In this document: positions 13,481-26,915 of the stretch, piece after piece
Layout of the letters: the number at the start of each line of letters is the position of its first letter
How positions within the stretch are numbered: position 1 is the stretch's first letter
Assembly: GCA_964016885.1 (NCBI GenBank)
Contig: OZ024742.1
Location: 331,328,001 to 331,392,000, forward strand
Source of the DNA: Eledone cirrhosa
Taxonomy: Eukaryota
Length of the DNA: 64,000 bases
Direction: 5' to 3'
Program-made: the position numbers and the translations under genes
Notes under the pieces: model-generated
Database searches by the model: none
What the model saw: the letters and a program-made list of their open reading frames with translations, nothing else
What the model was told of the DNA's origin: nothing

Positions 13481-14290
13481 ATAATGACATACCCTGAGAT
13501 GTTAAATGGTTAAGATTTAATCAAGGTAGTGATTAGCCGATAGAATATTTTTCTTATATCATATATGTGTGAGAGTGCGAAAACGTAATAAATTCATTAG
13601 AGAATGTGTGAGTAAGAAAAAACGTTGCATACTTAAAGTGTTCTAAAATGTTTAATTGTATGATACAATAATATCTAGGGAACGTCTCGTGAATCATAAC
13701 AGCCAGTGATAGCCACTGGAAAAAGATTTATAAGGAGGGAAAGATAAAGTGTGTGGGGGGGGGGGGCGACAGTTAAACGGTTAGAATTAGGAAATATTTA
13801 ATTTATAATATTAATGTGAAGACTCCAGATTTCAGGTTATTTGCTATTTAATTATATATTATTTATATAAATTCGATAAGTGTCTTTTCATTTCTAAACT
13901 TCTGAATTGTGAGAATAACATGTTAAAGGATTTAGCTGGCACGTAAAGAATGAAATATTATACTGTTGCTTAATTACCTAAATCTAAACTTTAACAAATA
14001 TCTCAACATATTAGGTATGTAAAGCTTTTAAAGTACTTATTGTTATAAATATTTGAATAACTAGTATGTATATAGGTATATATAAATGAGTCAGTATATA
14101 TAAGATAAAAATAAATTAAAATAAGATGTTAAAGATAAAATGTATACATATGTATAATTATTCTTCAAACAAGATATCAACGTATTATTAGATATAGGGA
14201 TGTATATATATAGATATATATTAGGTATTATCAATGTAGTATACATTAGGTAAATGATAAGGTATACTCTTAACAACATGTCAGATTTAA

Positions 14291-14325
<35 letters not shown>

Positions 14326-14697
14326 CAAAACAAACAATGAGTGCATGTATAATGTTCAAAATAATGTCTATAATAATTTTTAGTTTGGATATCTTCTCTT
14401 TATTTGAATCATGTATATAGAAGTATGGTAGGCATATTTAAAAATATAAAAAAAAAATATAGAATACAATATATAACTACATATATATTATAAAACATTA
14501 TATTATAAATAAATAAATAAGAGATCGAAAGTACAGCGAAAAAATTCACATTTATATATAAGTTTGAATCCGTCTCAAATTTAGATATTATAGTGCAGTA
14601 AGTATATTTAAAAGAAATATATGCTATATTATACTTTAAATAATAGATCAAAAAGTCATTAAACATTTGGAGTTATTGAAAAATATCGTAAAAATCG

Positions 14698-14823
14698 TGA
14701 ACAACACAGTATATAAGTATATAACTACTCATTACCAAAGGTTTTAGGACCCTAGCCAATATTAATATTGTGTAGGTTCCTGAAACATTTGGTAATGGAG
14801 TAGTTATATATTGTGTTATTCAC
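14698..14823. repeat. ~125-bp imperfect palindrome
   Basis: TATATAACTACTCATTACCAAA...TTTGGTAATGGAGTAGTTATATA with outer arms GTGAACAACACA / TGTGTTATTCAC. Confidence 0.75.
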
Positions 14824-15036
14824 TTTCTAATTAAATACCACTCTTCTACACATAGAGCACTGTTTTTCCATTGCTTTTTCTTCGAAATAAACTTATAAGC
14901 GCCTGTAGGTCAAACATTTACTTGCCTCATGTATTCTGGAGGTGTGGTCACATTTGGGCCTTGAAACGTTGGGCGACGCTCTTCTCCCGTCTATGATCAT
15001 AAATAATATATATATATATATATATGTATTTATTTA

Positions 15037-15083
<47 letters not shown>

Positions 15084-15320
15084 CGAAGGAAATGTATTCT
15101 ATTCTATAGCGATTAGGTCTTCAAAATGTTTATTATAAACATACAGAATATTTTCGAATATTCTATGTCTATATTCACATATATATCGCTATTTCAGAGC
15201 ATTTATTCCAATTTCTAATTTCTGCCGGACCGGCAACCGCTCTTTCAAACCAGTTCCTGTACACAGATAAGTATTCTATAAGTCTCTAGCTGTGTCATTC
15301 TCGATAAAAGCACTGGATAT

Positions 15321-15363
15321 GTAGTCCTGAAGATTTCTAATAAGAATGAAACGCGTAGATTAC
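15321..15363 (+). ncRNA. Minimal type I hammerhead ribozyme, unit 1
   Basis: GTAGTC-CTGAAGA-TTTCT(AATA)AGAAT-GAAA-CGCG-TA-GATTAC: palindromic stem III ACGCGT, GUA triplet. Stem I extended by the 16-bp ATTCTCGATAAAAGCA/TGCTTTTATCGAGAAT. Confidence 0.9.
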
Positions 15364-15630
15364 TTCCCTTGCTTTTATCGAGAATCTAATTGTAATACGT
15401 GACGTATTCTATTCTATAGCGATTAGGTCTTCAAAATGTTTATTATAAACATACAGAATATTTTCGAATATTCTATGTCTATATTCACATATATATCGCT
15501 ATTTCAGAGCATTTATTCCAATTTCTAATTTCTGCCGGACCGGCAACCGCTCTTTCAAACCAGTTCCTGTACACAGCTAAGTATTCTATAAGTCTCTAGC
15601 TGTGTCATTCTCGATAAAAGCACTGGATAT

Positions 15631-15673
15631 GTAGTCCTGAAGATTTCTAATAAGAATGAAACGCGTAGATTAC
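15631..15673 (+). ncRNA. Hammerhead ribozyme, unit 2
   Basis: Identical motif, +310 bp. Confidence 0.9.
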
Positions 15674-15940
15674 TTCCCTTGCTTTTATCGAGAATCTAAT
15701 TGTAATACGTGACGTATTCTATTCTATAGCGATTAGGTCTTCAACATGTTTATTATAAACATACAGAATATTTTCGAATATTCTATGTCTATATTCACAT
15801 ATATATCGCTATTTCAGAGCATTTATTCCAATTTCTAATTTCTGCCGGACCGGCAACCGCTCTTTCAAACCAGTTCCTGTACACAGCTAAGTATTCTATA
15901 AGTCTCTAGCTGTGTCATTCTCGATAAAAGCACTAGATAT

Positions 15941-15983
15941 GTAGTCCTGAAGATTTCTAATAAGAATGAAACGCGTAGATTAC
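15941..15983 (+). ncRNA. Hammerhead ribozyme, unit 3
   Basis: Identical motif, +620 bp. Confidence 0.9.
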
Positions 15984-16250
15984 TTCCCTTGCTTTTATCG
16001 AGAATCTAATTGTAATACGTGACGTATTCTATTCTATAGCGATTAGGTCTTCAAAATGTTTATTATAAACATACAGAATATTTTCGAATATTCTATGTCT
16101 ATATTCACATATATATCGCTATTTCAGAGCATTTATTCCAATTTCTAATTTCTGCCGGACCGGCAACCGCTCTTTCAAACCAGTTCCTGTACACAGCTAA
16201 GTATTCTATAAGTCTCTAGCTGTGTCATTCTCGATAAAAGCACTGGATAT

Positions 16251-16293
16251 GTAGTCCTGAAGATTTCTAATAAGAATGAAACGCGTAGATTAC
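16251..16293 (+). ncRNA. Hammerhead ribozyme, unit 4
   Basis: Identical motif, +930 bp. Confidence 0.9.
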
Positions 16294-16769
16294 TTCCCTT
16301 GCTTTTATCGAGAATCTAATTGTAATACGTGACGTATTCTATTCTATAGCGATTAGGTCTTCAAAATATTTATTATAAACATACAGAATATTTTCGAATA
16401 TTCTATGTCTATATTCACATATATATATATATATATATATATATCTTAGACATATCATAGACAGCTTAACGATAAATGCTTGGCTAGAAATATAAAGAAT
16501 ACCTTTCAAGTGAACACAGAAAAATATATTAATTAGTATGAGGGAGAAAGCAGCGATTCTTTGCTGAAACTTTAATCTGTTATTTTCATGATTATTTGTA
16601 TAAATATAAATGTTTTTATATATTTATATATATTTATATATTTATATATATACATATTTATTTATATGTATTTATTTATATAAATATATATTTATTTTTA
16701 TAAATATATATTTATATATATATACATATTTATATAAATATATATATATACACAAATATATATATATAC

Positions 16770-19700
16770 AAAAACAACAAAAGTAATGCTGTTCCAGTCT
16801 TGTCATAAAGACACGATCACAATAACAAAAAATGCAACAACAACAAAAATAACGCTGCTCCAGTTTTTTCACAAAGTCACAATTACAACAAATACAACAA
16901 CAACAAAAGAGGGAACTACAACCCTATCCAATGTTGTAACCACAAATCCAATCAAAAACTGCTCCCATAACAAACAAAAAATCTTTCTTTTCTAGCCATG
17001 AACCTGGCAAAAGAGATAGAAAAAAAATGTTAGCCATCACCCAACACCATCCTTGCTGTCACTAACACACAATCACAAAACAAGCCCCCTGCAACAGTCA
17101 AAACTAGCCTCCACATTCTTACTCAATACACAAGGTATCAGCCCATCCATCAATGCACAGAAATGGAAGATTCAATTCATTGAAGATTGGGTTGGTAACC
17201 ATCCATTTCACATCCCCTTCTTAATTCTTACTGAGACCCAACTTGACAACTGCTATTTGGAGGTCGAAGTAAAAGGGAGAAATTTCATAACCATCCGTGC
17301 AGATCGTGTTGGCAGAAGGAAGGGTGGAACTCCCATTGTCCTACATGATTCCTCTAAGGCAGATGGCAACACAACATTCTCTAATGGATACTGTGAATCA
17401 GTCACTGTGCCCAATATAGCCAATGACCTGACATAAGTTGGGCTCTATAGGCCACCACAAACACCCATTATCTGCTTCAAAGATGCCTCAACAGTATTAA
17501 ATGCTTTATTAAACAGTGCCATTCCAGCAACATACTTTTGATGGTAGACTTTAATCTATCCTCTGTCGATTGGTCTACATGTAGTTTGAAACCAGGATGC
17601 ACAGACACAACCACTGACAAAGAGGCTGTCGAGTCACTTCTTGACTTCATGAATTAGTTTTTCTTGTTCCAACTTGTCCTTGCACCAACGAGGCATCAGA
17701 AGAACATTCTGGATCAAGTGTTTAGTAACCACACTAACACTATACATAATATTACAATGGAAAAAACCCTTCTCTCAGACCGTGACATGGTTCTTTGTAA
17801 CCTGAGATTCCACCAGCCGAGAGCTAATCCCAGGGTCCTCTCTCCAGCCTACCCATTTGATAACATGGATCTCTACAATGCCAACTGGGATGGAATTATG
17901 AACGAACTATCACATGTCGACATCTTTAAAACACGCACACACTTCCACCAACATCAAAACATCTTGGCAGATCTTTGTAGACACTGTCACAAATATATGT
18001 ACAAAACACACCCCACCAAAACCTGTTAACAAAACCAAGTACAGTATCCCCCAAAACAGAAAAACAATTATCAGAAAAAAAAAAATTAACACACTAAAAT
18101 ACTGCCAAAACCAACACGCACATTCAATGGCTATCACCCTGCTTGAGTAAAAAAAATATAACTTCCAGCAATACATGATGACCATCATCAATAACCCCAA
18201 AGTGTCCTTCTCATTTGCTAAAAAACACAGGGTCACCGACTCCACTGTTGGCCCCCTATTTGATGAAAATGGGACACTCCAGGACAATGCCAAAACCATA
18301 GGCGAGATACTGCAGAAACAATACTGCTCTGTTTTCAGCAATCCTGATATGGCCGATCTGGGGCGTATCATTGATGTTAACCCCCAACACACTATATCAG
18401 ACATAACGTTCGGCGCCGCTGATGTCTTAGCGGCATTAAACGAAATTAAACACCATTCAGCAGTAGTCCCCGACAGGTTCCCTGCTTGTGTTCAGAAGGT
18501 GTGTCGACACCAACTTGCAACTCCTCTTGCTAATCTGTGGAGGAATTCACTGGACACTGGCTATATTCCTGAAAATGTATGTCCCATTCTGTTGTCCCAG
18601 TCTTAAAAAAGGTAAATAAGATCCTTGCACGGAACTACCGTCCGATCTCACTCACCTCTCATATTATCAAGGTATTTGAGAGGGTGGTGAGGTCACGAAT
18701 AACCCACTTTCTTGAAAGCAACCGCCTGCTGAACTCCAACCAACATGGGTTCCGTAATGGAAGGGATGCCTAACGCATCTCCTGCAACATTTTGACGATG
18801 TTTTGAGAGCCTTGGGAGAGGGCTCCAACACTGATGTCATCTACCTTGATTTCAGCAAGGCCTTAAACAGGGTTGATCATAAGATTCTATTGAAAAAACT
18901 ATCCTTTGTTGGTGTCTCTGGAAGGTTACTACAGTGGATCAAATGTTTCCTGACAGGCATAAACCAGCATGTTGTTGTCGAAGGAGTAAAATCAAGCCCT
19001 GCCAAAGTCAGCAGTGGTGTCCCACAAGGCACTGTGTTGGGCCCACTTCTTTTCATCATCTAAATTAATGACATTACTGACATCATCAAACACAGCAACA
19101 TCAGAATCTTCGCAGATGATTCCAAGCTCCAAAGGGTCATCAATGAGGTGGGTGGCCGGACTTGCCTTCAGTCAGACCTACTGGCTGTTATCCAATGGGC
19201 AGAAATGAATAATAGGCATTTGAATGAGGATAAATTTGAACTAATCCACTTTGGAAAAAATGATGCCCTGAAACTACCATACTCTTTTCCTTCATGTGAA
19301 ACTGTAGTGGCCTGCAATAACATCAGAGACCTGGGAGTAATTGTGGAGAACAATATAGGCTGGGACACTCATATAAACAGCAAAGTTGATATGGCCCGCA
19401 GAATGTGTTCCTGGATTCTCAGAACTTTCTAGTCTAGAGATATCCACACTGTTGTCCTTCTCTTCTCCACTTTTTCCCGACCCCACGTTGAATAATGTTG
19501 TCCACTGTGGTCACCCCTCACGAAACAAAGTATAATGAAAGTTGAAGCACCCCAAAGTTCAATTACAAAAAAGATAGATGGAATAACAGGCCTTGACTAT
19601 TGGAGTCGATTAGAAAAGCTCAAACTCTATTCTCTTCAACGTCGCCGTGAGCACTACATTATTTGTATGATGTGGAAAATATTCCATCAGCTTAGCCCAA

Positions 19701-20083
19701 ATGATGTTGGGATCACCTTTATTGTACACCCAAGACTTGGGACCCGTACTATCCGCCCACGACAAAAATCCCACTCGCATCACACAACGACAATACGGCA
19801 CAATTATTTCACCTCAATTGGCCCTGCACTCTATAACATTACACCAAAACACATCAAAGCAGCGACAGACCCCATCAAGTTCAAGAAGACTTTGGATAAA
19901 TTCCTTCAAGAAATCCCGGATAAGCCTCCTACACCTGGATATGCCTTCGTAAACAATAAATCTCTGCTCGAGTGGGCCATGGTGCCCAAACACTGATTTG
20001 TAAGAATTCGCCAGGTGGTGCTATTAAGTTAGACATGGCCTGGGCCAATACTGGCCGAAACCTATCAAAGTTATCAAAGTTAT
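16770..20083 (+). mobile_element. Decayed CR1-group LINE (APE endonuclease + RT, many stops and frameshifts)
   Basis: EN motifs ILTETQL, RADRVGRRKGG, PTR..ILDQVF. RT motifs NYRPISLTSHIIKVFER, QHGF, YLDFSKA, SGVPQGTVLGPLLF, FADDSKL, then SLQRRRE. 3' tail (ATCAAAGTT)2. The 5' boundary is approximate. Confidence 0.9.
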
Positions 20084-20817
20084 ATGTGTGTTTGTGATAG
20101 TGTGGATATGTATGTGTGCGTTTTAGTGCGTATGTGTGTAATTTCATTTATTCCCATCCATACAACATAGTTACGATATCTCTGCAAAGCGAGATGGTGG
20201 TTCATTGAGCTTCTTTGGAGAAATGATCAGAGAACTACCTGTTCGTTTTGCTGAAACAACATAGTGATATTGTGAATAGATAAAATGATATATATTCTAT
20301 TATCAGTATTGTGTTAGGCGTCCATTTTTGTCAAAGGCATTAGATATGAAAACAATATGTGTGTGTGTGTGCGTGTGTGTGTGCGTATGTGTGTATATAT
20401 GTGTGTGTGTGTATGTGTGTGTGTAAGTGTGTATATGTATGTATGTGTGTGTGTGTGTATGCGTGTGTGTGTGTGTGCGTGTGTGTATTTATGTACGTAT
20501 GTAAGTATATAAACAAAATTACGAAAAAACAACACAGGAGAGACCATACAGTACAATGATGTGTTAGCTTAACGCTGGATATAACTGGAAAAAAGGTTTA
20601 ACGTTTTCGAATTTAGTATTTTCAGTAGAGAAATTAAGAGATCAAAGAACATATTGAAAGATAGACGAGATTAAGAAATGAAAACCAAAAACGAAAAGAT
20701 GTTTGCAGAGATAGCAGATGTGTGTTTAGTCAGCCATTTTGTGGAAGTTCATGTCAGAATGTATCATATGTATAAAAGTTGTGATAAGAAGATAACCATT
20801 GTGAACCTTGCATGATA

Positions 20818-21110
20818 GTGAGGTCACATGGTCTAGTGGTAAAGGTTGGCGATTTACTATCAAAATGTCGTGGTTCGATTCCTGGGCTTCGTTGCGTGTA
20901 GTATTCTTGAGCAAAACATTTCATTTCACGTTGCTCCACCATACTTAGTCGAAAATGAGTACCAGAAATACCTAGGGGATTACCACTGTGATGGACTGGA
21001 TTCCTCTCCAGGGAAGAGTCTTGTACTCTCAGTCTCTTCACGCCTTGAAACCGATATATACACCGGCCCACAGAGTGTTCTGGCTTAAGGACGTTGGATC
21101 TTGATGAGCA
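20818..21110 (+). mobile_element. tRNA-derived SINE, second family
   Basis: A box TGGTCTAGTGG, B box GGTTCGATTCC, followed by central domain TTCTTGAGCAAAACATTTCATTTCACGTTGCTCCA. Confidence 0.75.
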
Positions 21111-21459
21111 TAAGCTTGTATATGGATGCGGGCGTAGAAGCATTTTTTTTACCACTAGGCCATGTGCCCTCCTATCATGCAAGGTACACAAGGATTATCT
21201 TCATATCAAAACCTCCTTTCTATGTATACCTGTGCTTTTCTCGGCTGAATAAATTTCTAAACTGTTTATTGAATATAGTACATGATACTTGGTTTTAATC
21301 ATGATATATGTTGCACATATAAACGAAGTGCTTATATCTCTGTATATAGAGACGTAGTAAGAGACCAAAATAGAGGCACATACACACCCACACATACTTA
21401 TATCTTTATTTCCCTCTTTCTCTGTATATATATATATCCATATATATGCGTGTGTGTGA

Positions 21460-21522
<63 letters not shown>

Positions 21523-21524
21523 TA

Positions 21525-21600
21525 ACAGATTAAAGTTTAAGCAAAGAATCGCTGCTTTCACCCTTAACGGGATCTTCTGAAACCAACAAAGTCAATATGT
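21525..21600 (-). ncRNA. Hammerhead ribozyme copy with core change CAGAAGA (probably inactive)
   Basis: Reverse complement of the 22387 motif with U4>A. Confidence 0.55.
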
Positions 21601-21820
21601 AAACGCAGAAGTGGATATTTCAAAAAATGTTGCACGGGTATGTTCTTTGTAGAAATATTATGATGTTGTTTCTGCATGATGAATATAAGTCAATAGAGTG
21701 CTCAGCCGAGGAAGCCAAATAGTAATAATAATAAATTTGAAGACTAAAATCCAAAGAGGGCTCGATAAGGATGAATATATATCAAATATATAAGAACCGT
21801 AAAGCAAATATTTAATATAT

Positions 21821-21861
<41 letters not shown>

Positions 21862-21868
21862 TAAAATA

Positions 21869-21944
21869 ACAGATTAAAGTTTAAGCAAAGAATCGCTGCT
21901 TTCACCCTTAACGGGATCTTCTGTAACTAACAAAGTCAATCTGT
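21869..21944 (-). ncRNA. Hammerhead ribozyme copy with core change CAGAAGA (probably inactive)
   Basis: Reverse complement of the 22387 motif with U4>A. Confidence 0.55.
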
Positions 21945-22386
21945 AAACGCAGAAGTGGATATTTCAATAAACGTTGCAACCGGAGGAACACAGGAAGACG
22001 ATACTTTGGTTCGTGGAAACATGCCCTGGCAAAGAACGGGAAAAACGAATATAATACGTCATTAATAGGAGCGGTGAAACACAATTACGCGCAAAGCAGA
22101 ACCACGTTTATGGTATAAAAGAGGTCGTAGACTAATGTTCTCTTAGGTGGTTCATAGAGACGTTCTCTGGCAATGAACGAAAAAAACGAAGATAATACGT
22201 CATATGTAGAGCGTGGCGAAGAATTGCACGCAAAGCAAAACCACGTAAATGGTATAGCAGAAGTCGTAGACTAAAATTCTAACTAGGAGACCGAATGAAT
22301 CTCCGCTACAGAGTTAAGAAAAAAGTAAATAAATACAATACAGCCTGCGGTTGCAACGTTTTTTTGAAATATCCACTTCTGCATTT

Positions 22387-22462
22387 ACAGATTGACTTTG
22401 TTAGTTTCTGAAGATCCCGTTCAGGGTGAAAGCAGCGATTCTTTGCTTAAACTTTAATCTGT
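22387..22462 (+). ncRNA. Type I hammerhead ribozyme with a true stem III and bulged, extended stem I
   Basis: ACAGATTGA-ctttgtt-AGTTT-CTGAAGA-TCCC(GTTCA)GGGT-GAA-AGCA(gcgattctt)TGCT-T-AAACT-TTAATCTGT; CUU triplet. Confidence 0.78.
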
Positions 22463-22597
22463 CATTTTAATAAATATTTGCTCTACGGTTCTTATATATT
22501 TGATATATATTTATCCTTATCGAGCTGTCTTTGGATTTTAGTCTTCAAATTTATTATTATTACTATATATTATTACTATATATATATATATATATAT

Positions 22598-22646
<49 letters not shown>

Positions 22647-22672
22647 ATTACTATATATATATATGTATATAT

Positions 22673-22816
<144 letters not shown>

Positions 22817-23045
22817 TTACACCGACTTCATTTACAAAAAAATAGAAAAACAGGAATATTTGAAATTTAAAATTTAATCATCACAACGCGAATAATTATA
22901 TGCCATTCTGAGGGAGGGATATATATATATATATATATATAAGAGAATAGGTAGTGAAGGATAGATAGACAGGCATTACTAATATGATTGAGTAATTAAC
23001 TTATTTTCCAATAATTCTTCCTGTTTCATTTTGTAGCTGTAGATT

Positions 23046-23438
23046 AAATAATTGTTTCTACATTTGGCACAAAACCACCAATTATCTAGTACTTACTAGT
23101 ACTTTATTTTATCAATACCGTAAGGATGAAAGGAAAAGTTAACCTCGACGGGATTTGGATTCAGACTGTAAAGGGACTTAACTATGCTAGAAAGCATGTC
23201 GTCCAACACTCTACCGATACTACGAACGCACCGCCCTGTAGATTAAATAATTGTTTCTACTTTTTGCACAAGGCCAGCAATAATCCCAATGTATTACTGG
23301 TACTTTATTTTATCTACACCGTAAGGATGAAAGGCAAAGTTAACCTTGACGGGATTAGACTCACACCATAAAGGGCCGTAACTCTTTGCTGCAAAGCATG
23401 GCGTCCGCCCCCCTACCTATACTGCCAATTCACCGCCC
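23046..23438 (-). mobile_element. Two tandem tRNA-derived SINEs (23046-23238, 23243-23438)
   Basis: Reverse complements of the 26725 family. Confidence 0.88.
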
Positions 23439-24189
23439 TTGTAGATTAAATAACGCCTCTTCACCTTTATGCTATTTCCGTGTCCTAACACATAGCACAG
23501 CATGTCATTGACATAATATCTACGTAAATAGATATGATGCGGGAGACCAGTCAGCTATATATAGATAAGGTAAAGCCATAACAGTAATATAATTGCGAAA
23601 TATTAAATTCAATACAAGGCTCAAGGATATTTAAAATGAATATATATTTTATCATAACATAGCAAATAAATATTAATAAGAACTAGAGAAGAACGAGTTT
23701 GGAAGATATGTAAGCCCTTAGAGGTGGGCTGCAAATGTTTAGCATAAGACTCACTATGGATTGTCCCTAACAAATAAGAAGGCAATTACATCCTCGAACC
23801 AACTTTCATAGAATGTCACAACATGGATTAAATACCATCCCAAATATGTGCTTATACGGTTCTATATATTGGAAATTAAATGGAATAGGCCTCTGTCAGT
23901 TTGGACAATGAGGTTTCCAGTAGTGTGGTCAATAGAACAGCAGGCTCTTGAATTTAGAGCGGCTGAATATTCCACATCAATATGTTCCTATAAATTAAGC
24001 TAGTGTAACACAGTGTGGAAAGTCATGTAATTGTATGTGTATTCCATTTTGCATTAGAATTTAATTATCAGAGTATCATATTAAGACGCGCACCATTAAT
24101 GCAATTATCATGAAAATGAAACAAAACAACGTGAACAGGATTACCATTTGGATTACAGGTACATTCATTTTCATGGGCCCCAAAACAGA

Positions 24190-24330
24190 TTCCTTCAACC
24201 AATTTCCAATCACAAGTTTGAGTTGACCTGATGTGATAGTAAACATTTATTTTGCCCAGATCCCGCGGTTGGATGCAACTCGGTTTATATGGACTGTGAA
24301 GCGAAATTCTTAAGCATTTGACTATGCTGC
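24190..24330 (-). mobile_element. Degenerate SINE head
   Basis: Reverse complement shows a decayed B-box-like CCGAGTTGCATCC followed by CTGGGCAAAAT; a similar plus-strand relic lies at ~25545-25630. Confidence 0.4.
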
Positions 24331-26724
24331 AACACTAAATTATTGACTATATGAAATCTAAGTGTGGTTATTCAAAAAAGCTCAGGTCCAAATACGAATT
24401 CAGATGAAAGTGCTGATGGCTTTATCATCAACAATTAGACGATAGCAACGTGGATTTTGCATCAATTTAATCAGTTCAATAGGGAAGTACCGGCGAACTT
24501 GTTAAAGTTGTGATGTGATTGGCTGTCTTCTATGTTCAAAACCTGCTTCCAGAACCTATTAACAATGGAAATTCAAAAAGAAAAAGTGTTTCCTTTGTCT
24601 GATCTCATATTACGATGAGTTCGTTTCCTAACATGCTTCGACTAACATTTCGGGACTTGTTCTATGCCTGGATGTGAATAAAATATCTGATGTGTATCTG
24701 TTTTATGAGTTAGAAATATCACCCTAAAAGGCAACGAAATGAAAGAGTCAAGTCACTGAAATACTGAATTTCATATGAAAGACAGGTGTATAAAAAATGA
24801 TTTCTTCGTGCCGAAAGATTCAATGCATTAGACAAGACAAAATCATTTGTTCAAATAAAGAGAATGGTGAAAGATTCAGAAGAGTTAATCACAAAACTAA
24901 CTACAACTACAATAACCATACGCTGGCTATGATAATGTCACTCATAAATTTGTAATCGGTAAAAAAATAAAATATTTTCTTTTCCTATCATTTAATATTC
25001 TAGATTTGTAATGAACGGAAACAAATGTAGGAAATAGTTAACTACGAGATGTGTCAGATATAAGGAAATAATTAGATATCAGACGTGTCAGAAAATAAGT
25101 TCATATGTACACACAGTCGTATTAAAATGATGTCATGTATAATCACACTTGATATCAGTGTAGAAACAGGTGTAAGATTGGTTTAAATATAAGACACATT
25201 TCATTACTTTATTGAAATGTGTTGAAATATATTGTCGAAAAACATTGATGCTAGAGAGTTTGACACTGGAATGACTGTGAAAACGTTACGAGTTTTAGAG
25301 TTTCATGTATCGTATTTCAGGCTTGATTCCGCTCATGTGACAGGTGTCTCAAACAGTGCTACATCAGGTGTTTTGATGTGATAGTGTAATGTTTACATGT
25401 AGCGCTGCCTATATATTATATTGTATAAAATAAAATATAAGCAGCTGGTTAGGCTGGTAAATATAATATCTATTAGAGGTTTATCATCAGATGCTAGATT
25501 TCGTTTTAGGGGTAGTCGTGAGATATGCATGTATTGGTTTATAAGTAGGCATAACTATGCAATCAAGCACTTCTCTTTCCACTGAGGTTCCCGGTTCTAT
25601 CCCGCTTCGCAGCGACTTGGGCATGTTGCCGGTCATATTGTAACAAACATTGGGTAGAGGTAAACTAGTTGTGACTCTGTAGTATTTACTTTAAACTGTG
25701 GAAAGCGGAATCTCTGAAAATTAATATTAAGTGTACGCATGTCTCTGGAGTTATGAGCCACATTCACCTTCGTGTTATGGGTATTTGTTAATTGCAGAGT
25801 TATCGTCGAAACTGACGAATTTTAATTTCCTTACTTAATGCTGACTTGTAGAAAGCTGGGGGAAAATGAATGGTAGCAGAAGTGAAAGAAATTTGGAGAA
25901 AGTTCACTGAGGTATTCGGAGATAGCAGGGAATTCCAGGTTGCGCTAATCCAATGATTGAAGCATTCACTATTTCATTGTGTGTAAAAGCAGAACATGGT
26001 TGTAGATGTGTTTCTCTGTCGTCGACAATGTTACTGTATGTATAAACTATATAGATGCGCATGGACATATTTCAAATCCTTCAAATCTGCCATAGGGGGA
26101 GAGGCATCATAAAACGAACATTTTTAGTAACGTTCGAGGGTTGTGTGGCGACGTGGCGATGATGATCATGGTGGTGGTGCTTGTGGTGGCCGTATTGGGT
26201 ATTGGTGGATGTGGCGGTGGTGATATTGACGTATATGATGGTGGTACTTGTTTTTGGTGCTGATTGTGGTAGTAATGTTGATGGGGATGATGTTGCCAGT
26301 GTTGGAGATGGTGGCGGTTTCTAAATGATATAAAAATAACACAAATATATTATATTCCATTTGATAGGTGTTAATTGAATTAACGAGAAAATTAAAAATG
26401 AATTTGTAGTTAGAGGTGATAATCGATTTGTGACAATGTTGAAAGTTGTTAACACAAGCTGAGGGAATCATTATTAAGACTAATCAGCCTTATTGTTTTC
26501 CCCAATAATCGACACTAATTGAATCTTTTTCACTCTTTTTAACTCTCAATTCTTTTTCTTTTTATTACCGTAATAAAACATTTAATATGTAGATATAATC
26601 TATATTCTAGCAGTTAAAGTTATTCACCAAGTGATAACACAGTTGTAACATTTAGTTATTTATTAGAATTTATATTTAATAAGAGTTGATTTATATATTT
26701 ATTGTTTCATTATTTCATTTTACA

Positions 26725-26915
26725 GGGCGGTGAATTGGCAGTATCGGTAGAGAGTTGGACGCCATGCTTTCTAGCATAGTTACGTCCCTTTACAGTCTGA
26801 GTTCAAATCCCGCCGAGGTTAACTTTGCCTTTCATCCTTACGGGGTCGATAAAATAAAGTACCAGTAATGTACTGGGCAATTGCTGTCCTTGTGCCTAAA
26901 GTAGAAACAATTATT
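26725..26915 (+). mobile_element. tRNA-derived SINE (~190 bp)
   Basis: GGGCGGTGAATTGGCAGTATCGG (A box) ... GAGTTCAAATCC (B box) ... AT-rich tail; at least 7 copies in the window. Confidence 0.9.

Larger units (their letters stand above)
15094..16426 (+). mobile_element. 310-bp tandem array (4.3 units), one HHR per unit; non-LTR retrozyme-like
   Basis: ATTCTATAGC recurs at 15101, 15411, 15721, 16031 and 16341. Units differ by only a few substitutions. Flanked by (TA)n. Confidence 0.92.
21516..22565. mobile_element. HHR-bearing repeat: two minus-strand copies and one inverted plus-strand copy
   Basis: 21516-21635 repeats at 21860-21980 and is inverted at 22350-22475. Internal ~141-bp duplication (22008 / 22149). 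(TA)n flanks. Confidence 0.8.

Noticed and set aside
14928-14990. CTGGAGG...GAAACGT hammerhead-like string
   Set aside because: Multiple core mismatches and no convincing stem I
26725-26915. tRNA gene
   Set aside because: A/B boxes are present, but there is no cloverleaf and it is multi-copy with a shared tail, so it is a SINE
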